NCBI GenBank assembly: GCA_946965045.2
Contig: OX337242.1
Location: 1,922,001 to 1,986,000 of the forward strand
DNA from: Epithemia pelagica
Taxonomy: Eukaryota > Protista > Bacillariophyta
DNA length: 64,000 nucleotides
Direction: 5' to 3'
Shown: in pieces, positions 45,077 through 55,400 of the stretch
How positions within the stretch are numbered: the first letter of the stretch is position 1
Layout: each line of letters opens with the position of its first letter
Program-made: the position numbers and the translations under genes
Notes under the pieces: generated by a model
Databases searched by the model: none
What the model was told of the DNA's origin: nothing
The model's input: the letters and a program-made list of their open reading frames with translations, nothing else

Positions 45077-47131
45077 CTAGACGACATGCCACAAGTCGTA
45101 ACCTTCCGTCCGACCAATCAATTTGACATTGTGTTCCAAGGCTCCTCCCGTTCGGTACATGGCCACACAGACAATCACTGGTAATTGTGGAAAGGACTGA
45201 ATCAAAAGCGGGTTCAAATCCTTGGCATGAAGGAGGCTCGCCGAATGGACCCTGCGCCGCTTCTTTTGGCGCGGTCGCACATCTCGCACATTTCTCTCCT
45301 GGGAGTTGCTGTCCTTGTTGGTGTCGTCGTCGTCGTCCTTGGATGGGAGCAACGGATGTGGTGATTGGAAATTCTTCTCAGTCGTTTCACCATGTGGGTG
45401 CTTGTGCTCAAGTGTTGGTTTCCCTTTCCGGATGCGACCAAAGGAACTCGAGACAGGTCCAACTCTACGGTCCGCGTTGCTGGATGTTCCACCAATCCTG
45501 TTGCTACCGGTACCATCACCACCCGTGCATGACGACAACTGCGGTTCTTGTTTTTCGTCTTGCTGTTGCTGCTGCCATTGAAACTCGTGTTGGAGCTCGT
45601 GTCGTACTTGGGCATCACGTGCGAGCAGAGAAAAGTGAACAATGGGAATTTTGCACCCCCAGTGTCGATTGACATAATACCCCGTGGATAGTTTGTGCAC
45701 ATCGACATCGGCCAAACACGCCACCCTGGAACGCAACTCGGGCGACAAGGCTTTGAGAACCTCCTTGGCATCCCGCCCGGCACCCCATACACAAAACGAA
45801 GACCATTGCTGTAATGGATTGGGAGAAACTGCCGGAGCAACTCCATTCTGGATGGGAGGTTCCTGCGGGGGTCGTTGCAACACCAAGTGTTCCAAGGCCC
45901 ACACCCGCAATTGCAACAAGAGTCGTCGTGAGGTTTGAGAGCTTTGCGACACACTCTTGGGGGGTGATGACGACACGGCTGTTTCGTCAGTCTTGTTGTT
46001 CTTGTTCTTGTTGGTGTGGTGCTGCCAGCACGTGGCCGAACCACCATGTCGATACGTGACCAGAGGCGTTGGGGTGCGCAGCAAGGCCAATGCACCACCT
46101 GCGTTCAAATGGGTATAAAAGAAACGCAAGTCTTCGGCCAAGCGCAGCGAGGAGGGAGAATCATGAAGCGGATGGACCATGGACCATTTCTTCTTCTTCA
46201 TCTCTTGGCCGTGGGGGTCGGAGTGGGTGTCCATTGGTACCGTCTTGGTGGTGGCGTCTCCTGGTGTCAAAGTCGTGGCTGGTTCGACTGCGGATGATGA
46301 TGACGATGGTGGTGGAGCTTCCATGTACCCACCCAGTTGGAGAAACCACGGACGGGAAATCATCCAGGTGGGTTGCAACACGGTCATTTCCCGAAACTGT
46401 TGCAAATACAGTTGCGCATCCGACAGTCCATTGGCCCATGTGGCATAGTGCCATGTCGCATCGGGTGGATCCCGGTCAAACGTGCATCCCAGCAAGGTTT
46501 GGTAGGATTTACTGTGGTTGTTGTGGTCGTCGTCGACCCGTGACAAGAACCACATGGCTTGTTCGTACACTCGCTTGGGATGCATACGGTCATCACTGTC
46601 CAGAAAGCACAAAAAGGAGTGACACTGCTCGGCCGGTCTGATGGCTTGTTGGTGGTGGTTGTCGAGGTTCGGTCCTCCCAAGTCCACTGCTCGATTGCGA
46701 GCAAAGCCGGCCCCTCGGGAGCAGCCATCCTTGGATTGCGCAATTCGGAGCTGAGAAGGTATCTCGTATAGTGAGGATTTGGAGGCATGCTGAATAGTAC
46801 AGTCCTTGTCTTGGCTATATTCTGTAGCCAGTCGTTGCAATATCGTCCAGCTGTCGTCGTTCGAACCATCGTCGTAACAGCAAACGGCCACGGACCATTG
46901 GTACTCGGTGGTGCTGGGCATGGCAGGATCCAGTTGGGATAATGCCGGAGGTGCTGTCACTTGATGCATGGCGGATCGTACCGCTTCTTCCACCGTTGGG
47001 GCGGCATTGTGAACTGGAACAATCACATCCACATGAACGTGAATGACGACGACAAGGCTCATCTCACCGCAGATGATGAATCGTCGCAGCAACGGCCATC
47101 GTCGGTTCCTTGTCGAACCGCCCGGATGCAC
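45077..47131 (-). CDS. B3GNTL1: GT2 glycosyltransferase, B3GNTL1/QTGAL-like
   Basis: Colinear motifs VIVPVHNA, DDGSND, FLCFLDSDD, GC..DRDPP..T..Y..W.N, QPTW, EDL.FFY.HL..GG, W..F.VWGAG, DVD..K..GYY and VICV...TGG.LE.N. Confidence 0.8.
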   Translation of the reverse strand: MHPGGSTRNRRWPLLRRFIICGEMSLVVVIHVHVDVIVPVHNAAPTVEEAVRSAMHQVTAPPALSQLDPAMPSTTEYQWSVAVCCYDDGSNDDSWTILQRLATEYSQDKDCTIQHASKSSLYEIPSQLRIAQSKDGCSRGAGFARNRAVDLGGPNLDNHHQQAIRPAEQCHSFLCFLDSDDRMHPKRVYEQAMWFLSRVDDDHNNHSKSYQTLLGCTFDRDPPDATWHYATWANGLSDAQLYLQQFREMTVLQPTWMISRPWFLQLGGYMEAPPPSSSSSAVEPATTLTPGDATTKTVPMDTHSDPHGQEMKKKKWSMVHPLHDSPSSLRLAEDLRFFYTHLNAGGALALLRTPTPLVTYRHGGSATCWQHHTNKNKNNKTDETAVSSSPPKSVSQSSQTSRRLLLQLRVWALEHLVLQRPPQEPPIQNGVAPAVSPNPLQQWSSFCVWGAGRDAKEVLKALSPELRSRVACLADVDVHKLSTGYYVNRHWGCKIPIVHFSLLARDAQVRHELQHEFQWQQQQQDEKQEPQLSSCTGGDGTGSNRIGGTSSNADRRVGPVSSSFGRIRKGKPTLEHKHPHGETTEKNFQSPHPLLPSKDDDDDTNKDSNSQERNVRDVRPRQKKRRRVHSASLLHAKDLNPLLIQSFPQLPVIVCVAMYRTGGALEHNVKLIGRTEGYDLWHVV

Positions 47132-48704
47132 GCCCGTCCAAAAAGATGGTGTGGTCTCTCAGCTCAGGGGTCGCGTTTGGGTCGTCGAAGTCACATCAAG
47201 AGTTCTTCAGGAGTTGCAACGGATCCTTTCGTAGATCTTGTTGATTAGGAACCTTGAGAGGCGAAACAGTAATGGGATGGAAACATGGAACCCGCATGCA
47301 CGACGACCCATACTCGTTCCATTCTTTAAATTCTCCTGTTGCTGCGGATCGCGGATCGCAATCTGAAGTCGACTCGCGAGATTCCACTCACACTCCTATG
47401 AGCAACACTCGAGGTACGAAGCTCCTCCACCCAATCCTATCAAGATCCATTGGAGGGGTTGAATCGACAAGCTCCATTGAATAGTTTCATGGAAGAGACT
47501 CTTGTGTTGAAAACTACCTAGATATGCTGCCTCGAGAGGCTGTGTCTGAGACCACCACATCTACCTATATCGGTCCATATCCTTTTCCAAATCGTCGTCG
47601 TCGTCATTCTTGGAGAGAGGCCCGAATGGAATAGGTGGGTTCACAAGGAAAACGATCCATGTTCAAACCCATAGACAACGGTGCAACTCCATATTTGACA
47701 GACGCAAACGAGACTGAGAAACCATGCCCTCCTTGACAGGATTGACAAACTTGACAGTGAAGGCAGCCTTCTGGCGACACATTCCCCAGTTTCACGCGAT
47801 TCGGCTGCGAAATCGACGGCTTCAAAAGTACTAGAGGCAGTACTGATCCATCGGACGGAAAATACATCATCCCAGGGCATTTTGGGGTTGTTCCTCAAAG
47901 ATCCACTTGCCTCCCTCCTGCGCATTGACGGCTGCCGTCGCCCTCATTGCACGGCATGTTGAAGCAATGAATGTAATGGGACGACAGCATGGAACCTATC
48001 GTGCATGTCAGTATGCCAGAGATGCCCGCCCTTCTCCAAGACGACAAGCCCTTCTCCAAGATGACAAGACTCTTGTGTCATGGCTTACGAGACTGCCACT
48101 GTGATGCTTGCAGTGTAACCTTTTCATTTGGTTAACGAATCGAACGTGTCTTGGCGATGGAAAGTTCCATATCTTCTTCGTGGATGCTGTTGTCCACTGT
48201 CGACCATACATTGCAGTGTCAACGCTCCTACGAGTGCCATTTGATGAGCTCAATTTGGAGAACGACCGAGAAATCAGGTACGGTAGGTTGGGCATCAACT
48301 GAATTGTCGCTTCGTACCTTAAGTACTTGTACTCCTACTAGAGTACGACCATCATGAAGTCTTCTGGTTATCTACAACGTTTTGTTTTTGAGCCTTTCCA
48401 ATATCCTGCCAGTAGCCCAACTACCGGTACTCCGACTTCTCTCTAGGAGTAAGAAACCGCAGTCCGCAGATACATAGTAAGGTCAATCTGAATTACGAGC
48501 TATATGTGATAAGTCTGAACTCAGATGCATCCAAGAATTGAATGACGAATCCTTTGAACCTCAGGGATGGCCTACAAATATTGTTCACCCCAGCGTGAAC
48601 TGCTCACACGTTCAGAACTACGCTGTTCTCGCATTTTCTCCTCTTCTTTGCACCCAGATGAGGTTTTTATCGTTGCACCATGTAGCCATGTGAATACTCT
48701 TTGC

Positions 48705-49853
48705 TCATGGCTCCACTGATGAAAAGACTGCAGGAAGTTCCGGAAAGACCTCTTGGTTCCGACAGTGCGTCAAATGATGAAACAACTCAGTATCACGGTG
48801 GTTGACTTGATGCACGAAAGCCATCGTCTCGTTACTTATAACCAGGGGAAACTTCTTATTCCAAAACTTGGATTCAGGGTCGCAGAAGGCACTTTTTCGA
48901 AAGGTGGTGGTATTGGAAAATCCAAACATGCGCGCCAATCCATGCCAATAGACGGGATCCTGTAGACGTTCTGTGACAACAATCAAGTTGAATTGCGACA
49001 AATTCTCCACCGCTGTCTCGAAGCTGTCGGTTACATTGCGGAGACAGTTAAAGTCCTTGCTATACCAACGCAGGTAGCAGTTCTTGGCACACACCCACAT
49101 ACTTCGATGCATTGGCGGTACGGAGGGAGAGCATGGTGTTGCAAACATTCTTGGTGGCGTTCCTACAAAAGGATCTTTGTCGACAAAGCCTTTGAGGCTT
49201 TGTGCATTTTCTGCTGTAGGAAGGGAATGATTCGGTTGTCTCATGGTTTGTGAGCAGCCCCAGCGTCCATCGTATTTGTAGTGGCTTATCACTCGAGAGA
49301 CGGGGTGCCTCAAATTGGTCACATAAAGCGTATCATTACGCTTGGGAGATTCGACGGGGTCGCCTTCGACTGCCGCAAAAGTAAGATTGTGCTGTCTTGC
49401 AAATGTCTCAAGCATGGATCTCATAAAGGTTCCTCCCGCTTTTCGAGTATGGGCAAAATAGACACGAGTAATTTTCGATGGATTGTCACCCCATGTTGGT
49501 CGACATGCCGGAGACCAGGAATGATCGTCATCGGGTTCTTGCACTTGTGCCTTTGGTTTGTCCAAACGAACTTGTTTTGTGGAGGTGAACTTCAACGAGG
49601 AGGTATTGGGTGATGCAACATGGTACATAGATGACTGAACCACCCGATGGGTGATGGGATAATGAACCACCTTGGACCATTGTAAGGCAAGAATGGTAAA
49701 GATGGCAAAGGTGTACCAGAGGTGCGGTCGGGACAAAACACTCTTTCGCCTGGACTGTGATGGAAATGGTTGTTGATGGTTCATTTTGCAAGTTTTATAA
49801 TTTATGAGACAATTATGTGAGTATGAACTATGAGGCCGATGAAAGTTGTCCAT
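48705..49853 (-). CDS. Type II membrane (Golgi-type) sulfotransferase
   Basis: PAPS-binding motifs FAHTRKAGGT and LRHPVSRVISHY; N-terminal TM anchor. Confidence 0.85.
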   Translation of the reverse strand: MDNFHRPHSSYSHNCLINYKTCKMNHQQPFPSQSRRKSVLSRPHLWYTFAIFTILALQWSKVVHYPITHRVVQSSMYHVASPNTSSLKFTSTKQVRLDKPKAQVQEPDDDHSWSPACRPTWGDNPSKITRVYFAHTRKAGGTFMRSMLETFARQHNLTFAAVEGDPVESPKRNDTLYVTNLRHPVSRVISHYKYDGRWGCSQTMRQPNHSLPTAENAQSLKGFVDKDPFVGTPPRMFATPCSPSVPPMHRSMWVCAKNCYLRWYSKDFNCLRNVTDSFETAVENLSQFNLIVVTERLQDPVYWHGLARMFGFSNTTTFRKSAFCDPESKFWNKKFPLVISNETMAFVHQVNHRDTELFHHLTHCRNQEVFPELPAVFSSVEP

Positions 49854-50532
49854 TTTAAAAGCGATCCTTTAGCTCAAACCGTGCGGGCCGGGCCGCATGA
49901 TTTGGTTTTGAAAAACAAATCCAAAAGCCTTTTCGAATCCTGTCCCCCGGCCCTGCCTGCGTTCCCCCAAGCTACTTCATTTTTTCAATACTAAAAATAT
50001 TTAAATGTAGGACGTGCTTCTTGTGTTCACTATTTGAATTGAATCGCCTTAAAAGCAGGGTTGTGTAGTAATGACATAATGAATTTTCTATGACTAATTG
50101 ACTATTAATCACGATCTTAGCATCTAGTTACTTTACTAGATACTATCAAGTACCCCACACTTCACCTCACTGACGTACTGAATTACTCTTAGTCATTTCA
50201 CCAACTGATAACTACTTTACTTATTGACTATAGTCCTCCTCCATATTAGAGGTTACTTTACTACAGAACTAAAGTCATACATCTCTTAGTAAGTGTATTT
50301 ACTACCATTGACTAATCACCGTCATGTCATCCTATGACTATACTTTATGACTATAGTACCTCGTCTCACTGAGTAATGATTTACTAAATTTCTCTCCATA
50401 GTCATGACTATTGATGACTAAGTCACCACTATAGAGTCTTACGACATATTACATACCACACAGAGAAAATGGACAGCGACCTCTTCCCCCCTTGCCTTAC
50501 CATTTCACAGCAGCGACCCACAGCACCAAATC

Positions 50533-52380
50533 ATGAACTTTCTTGAATGTAAATCCGAATGCAACATCAAGTACATCCTTCATTGTAATGCATCGTATTA
50601 CAAAGCAATTCAAGAGTACCTTGTCAGTCCCCACGAAGGCATCTCCCGCTTAGAACTGCTTACTTGGGTTAAACGGCATACCATTGCATGGCTCATTCGA
50701 CACCAAGGGCACATTGTATTTGAAGACGACAATACACAAAGCTCTACAACACACGCTTGCGTACTGTCTGATTTAAAATTCACACACCGCCTGGAACTGT
50801 GCTGCTGCATTGTTGTTCGGTGTATCTACGACCATCCGACCACAATTTCTCCATCAGACTTCCAAGAACACATTCTATCTCCCTCCGTGTCGAATGATTC
50901 GAGTCTTCTTTTCCTTGTGGTTCGATGCACTCCAAAGATAACAATTAACCGGTCTCCCCTTTTCCAGCAATGTTTAGATTACACTCGACAATGCAAAGAG
51001 GAGTTCCCGACTGCCAGTGTTCAAGCCATTCTTCTTTCATGGTTGAATCGCACTTCGGTTGTTTTTCACTGCAAACAATCGGCACAAAACTTCACCAACG
51101 AATACGTTATTCGGCAATGCTGTGAAGAAGACTCGTACAATGAAGAATGTATTCCAATCTGCATATCCCCATATCTACAAGAAATGGAAATTCAATACAA
51201 CCATTCTAACTCTCCACCCAAAGCTTCTGTATCCACAGAATCGCATGAATGTCACTGTACTTCCCCAAGTACGCTTTTCCGTAAAAAAGACCCACCAAAT
51301 GATTCTCCTGGCCCGGCCCCAAACGACTCTCCTAATGCAAATCACGAATTGGTTACTTCCCGATCCAAAAAAAGGAAAACAAGTTACCCGACAAGAAAAA
51401 GGATAACAAACGAATCATCAATCCGAAATCACATTCATTCTCCTGTACATTCCTATGCTACACGATCAAGGAACAATCAAATCACCAAGATTATAATGCT
51501 GGCCTCCAGATCAAAAACAAAAATAGAATATCCTGCAAGTAATCACCAGCCAGGCACTCCTCCAAAACTCAAAGACATCAGTCCGTCGTCATTGGAAGTT
51601 CATGTTCCCCCCATTCCAACAACAATCAAAGAAAGACGAATCGAGGAAATCAACCAGATGATCAAATTTCACCAACAATTGAAATTATCTGGTTTGGTGT
51701 CGCAACGAGACAACTGGGAATCCTGGATTGACAATCATGTTAACCAGCCATTTGCCGACCGACCATTCATGGTACTAATGACAATCTGCATGAGTTCAAG
51801 CACTTCCGATTTGCAATTGAGCTCAATCATGCCACGGATTTTTGCTTGTGGCATGATTTCTGCAACGAGTGTGATTGACATTGCTCAACAATTTGGCATG
51901 AACACAATGTGTTCCCTTCTTTCCGAATCTGGTAGGTTCTATGCGAACACGGAACGCATTGTTAATGCTGCGGACTACTTCATCCAAAGGCATAATGGAG
52001 TAATCCCAAGAGACATAACAATCCACGAACTGACGACGCTACATGGCATTGGCTACAAGACGGCGTGCATTATTTTAGAGGCTGCCTTTGGACGCGTTGA
52101 TGGAATCCCCGCGGATATTCATGTAATCAAATGGTCTGCTTTTCTCGGCTGGACCTTCCCGAAACATACTGGACTTACGGTCTCCAAGTATCTTGAGGCC
52201 TGGGTCCCTCACAATCAATGGTCACTCGTGAATCCTCTTTTTGGGGCGCTTGGACAACATTCAAACACAATTGTTGGCCGTGGTATTCTATTGACAAGAC
52301 TTGGAGAAACCCTTCACTTGGATGCCGATATGTTCCAAAAGGTCAAGACTATGATTAATACGTATCGTCCGTTAAAATAA
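50533..52380 (+). CDS. Cys/His-rich N-terminal domain fused to an endonuclease III-like HhH-GPD DNA glycosylase/AP lyase (615 aa)
   Basis: PFMVLMTICMSSSTSD (equivalent to Nth LLxxxLSxQT.D), HhH LHGIGYKTA with catalytic Lys, IPADIHV with catalytic Asp; no Cys cluster after FGALGQH. Confidence 0.9.
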   Translation: MNFLECKSECNIKYILHCNASYYKAIQEYLVSPHEGISRLELLTWVKRHTIAWLIRHQGHIVFEDDNTQSSTTHACVLSDLKFTHRLELCCCIVVRCIYDHPTTISPSDFQEHILSPSVSNDSSLLFLVVRCTPKITINRSPLFQQCLDYTRQCKEEFPTASVQAILLSWLNRTSVVFHCKQSAQNFTNEYVIRQCCEEDSYNEECIPICISPYLQEMEIQYNHSNSPPKASVSTESHECHCTSPSTLFRKKDPPNDSPGPAPNDSPNANHELVTSRSKKRKTSYPTRKRITNESSIRNHIHSPVHSYATRSRNNQITKIIMLASRSKTKIEYPASNHQPGTPPKLKDISPSSLEVHVPPIPTTIKERRIEEINQMIKFHQQLKLSGLVSQRDNWESWIDNHVNQPFADRPFMVLMTICMSSSTSDLQLSSIMPRIFACGMISATSVIDIAQQFGMNTMCSLLSESGRFYANTERIVNAADYFIQRHNGVIPRDITIHELTTLHGIGYKTACIILEAAFGRVDGIPADIHVIKWSAFLGWTFPKHTGLTVSKYLEAWVPHNQWSLVNPLFGALGQHSNTIVGRGILLTRLGETLHLDADMFQKVKTMINTYRPLK

Positions 52381-52425
52381 TTAAATAGTTGCTTCCATAT
52401 CACATGTATTCTTTCTTGACATTTA

Positions 52426-55400
52426 CTACGCTGACGAGTCTCCATCGTCGTCAGTATTTTCGAATGCGGATTCACCATTGTCTTCTCCTTCCTCACTTCC
52501 CTCCCTGCTCTCGTTCTCTCCGTCGCTTACTTCATTCCTGTCTTGTACTTGTCTGTCTTTCTCCCCTGTGTTGGCTGTTTCCAAACTCGCAGCCAAGGAT
52601 CGACTGGTTTTCTTCCCCAAATGCCCTTGGCTATCCATGGATTTTGAGGTCTTCGCTTTTTTCTGTCGTGGCGATTTTCTAATTCCCTGTCGGGGAACTA
52701 TCTTTGATTGCTTCCTTTTCTTCGTACTGGGCTCTGCATTCTTGTTCTTCACAGACTTTTTCGTCCTTTCACTTTCTTTGGGCCTTCCACTTTCTTTGGG
52801 CGGAGTCTCTATAACGACAATTTCTTCTTCATCTCCTTCTTCGACAGCCACAACAGTATTGTTGTCTTTGTCTCTGTCCAGGTCGTCGTCGTACTCATCC
52901 TCTACTTCCTTCCGGTCCATGTCAACCTGTGGATTGTCGATCCCTTTCTTCATGAGACATCGCAACATCTCGTCACTGTCTTCCTCGGGTTCTGACTGAT
53001 CATCCGACTCATCTTCCGAGTCTTCTTCATGACGTGCTTTAATGCGCACATGTACGATACGGTTTGCAACAAATTCTCTCGGTTTCGTGGGACGGGCTGC
53101 TTTTTTCTTACCGTCGGACAGTCCTTGGACGGCCTCTGTTGCATCTTTGTCATTTACTGTGTCCACACCCTTGCTGGGTGGGTTTCCTACCGGAGGATCA
53201 CCGGCATTGTCATCATCTTCTTCTCCATCTTCTTCTCCTTTGAGAATAACTCTACCAGACTCGTCCCGTTCTGTCCCGGCGAGAACCTTTCCTGAGCTGT
53301 CCCGTTCAGGAAAGGTTTCCAGAAACGACATTGTCACGGCGGGATCTTCCATCAAGTGGGTTTCATGGTCAAACGATAGTTCGTAGGATGCCAACCCATT
53401 GGCATTCTCTCTAACAGCCGACAGTTGAACTTGTTTTTGCTGAGTAGCTGCTTCCAAGCCAGGACTATCCTTGGCTTTCGGAGGCTGAACATAAGAGTTA
53501 CTAACCGACACTCCATTCGCAATGTCAATCTCAGTCTTCTTGATTTCTTCCAACAAGGACCGGTTGACACATTCCATTGTGCGCATCTCGTTGGTTTTCT
53601 TGTGGGCCCTTCTCATTAACTTGTTCTGGTGCATCCATGTACCAATTGAGAAAATGCGTTCTTGGAAAGCATTGGTGGCCGGCTTCGCTAGCCATATGAT
53701 GGCACTTGGGTACAAGTAGGGGAACATCATGGAATGGGCCCTCCACCAACCAAGGAGATCGAAGTACTTGCCAATCTCCAGATAGTTCCTATTGACACAA
53801 TTCTCTTTGAACTCTTCAGTTTCATCATCGTCCCACTTCTTCGAAACTTTCTCAAACTCCTCCGTACTATATTGTCGAATTATACTTTCCCAATGATTGT
53901 CAATATGATTTTCGCAGTTCTTCCGAAAATCGTCATAGCAGGTAGTGCATGTCTTCTTAAGGGCTCGCATTTTCTCCTGATCAGAGGCGGCGTCCGAAGC
54001 TCTTCCACTCAAGTGCAGGAGCACCTGTTGCTGCAAGTCATGGGACTTGCGCATGCTGGCGAAAACATTCTTGGTCTTGCGCTTAGTTGTTTTGTTATTC
54101 GTCTGTGAGTCGTCTTCAGCAGTCAAATTGAAAGACCGTGTCGCAGGTTTGTTGGCAGGTTTGTTTGCTGTGTTGGATTGGGCGGCCATTGCTGCACCGA
54201 TCGTAGAGACCCGCGTGTTGCTGAACTTGTCCACCATGTCCTGAATAATTATTCTTCGACCTTCCTTGACAGTGTCCATGTTGTAAATACCGAAATTGAC
54301 AAACATGTTTTCGTAGATGTTTGCCAATAGAGGATTGCAACAAACAGCCTTTAGTCCATCGTGATCACGGTGGACAAGGTAGTGCTTATATTCAGATATA
54401 ATGCGACGGACCAGTAGTCGGGGTCCTGGCAAAAGGTCATCAAATTCAACTGTGTCTCGAAAGGTGTCTAGATCATCTATCGAAAGCCGAGCATCCCATT
54501 GATCCGGACTGCCTTTTGCTAGTTTGATGCAAGAAACTCCACTATTTTCTCCATTTGGAGGAAGGCTCATGGTTGTGGCTTGAAAGTATGAACAGAAAAT
54601 CTCGAGTAAAGCGGCCGAGCTTGCACCAGGAGCATCTGATTGAAGTGTCATCGCCACTTGTTTCAGTGGCGATAGAATACCCTCGTACTGTGACAATAAT
54701 TGCCAATCCTCTTCGCTGGGATATAGTTTGGCAAATTTGGGATCACTCCCAGCGGCAAGAAGTGCGTATTGATCCATTGCCCACTTCAGCCGAGCAAGGG
54801 TTTCCAACGAGAGAACAATACCACCAATCCTTGTATCGTTTGGTAGGGGAATCTTGATCACTTGACATCCATAGGATTCACAGTTTTCTCGGAAATTTTG
54901 AAACCGACGAGGTGCTTTGCTACTCATCAACCATGCTGAAAACTTCTTGAATATAGACCAGAATTCAATAAAGGAGGGATTAGAATCCATCAGAATCCGG
55001 TTTTGGTAGCGTTGCACGAGACCGGTAGCATGCTTCAGCACTAACTCTGCCTTGTGCATGTCACATTTGCCAGCACGGTCGGTCCCGACGATGTACTTTC
55101 CGGCAAGTACAGCAGCCGTTGTGTTGTCGTTCACTGAGGCACAGAGATCCTTTTTTGTGAGTGTCACACTTAGAAGCAGGGTCTCGGTGAGATTTGCCAC
55201 ATCGGTTGCTGCATGGCCCTCGCAATCCGCCAGCCCAATGGGAATGCGATATATTTTGCAGTTCCTTGGATCGATGAACATTACTGTAACGCCTAAGACA
55301 TCATGGTCTTTGGCCTGCCAGATGTCATGGCAGACCGTGACAAATGGAATGTCTTGTAGGCAAAGACGGTTGTATTCCGCACGCACCCGCGTAATGAGAC

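Noticed and set aside
47600-48360. Several short Cys-containing ORFs on both strands
   Set aside because: No recognisable motif or consistent frame; may be decayed coding sequence.
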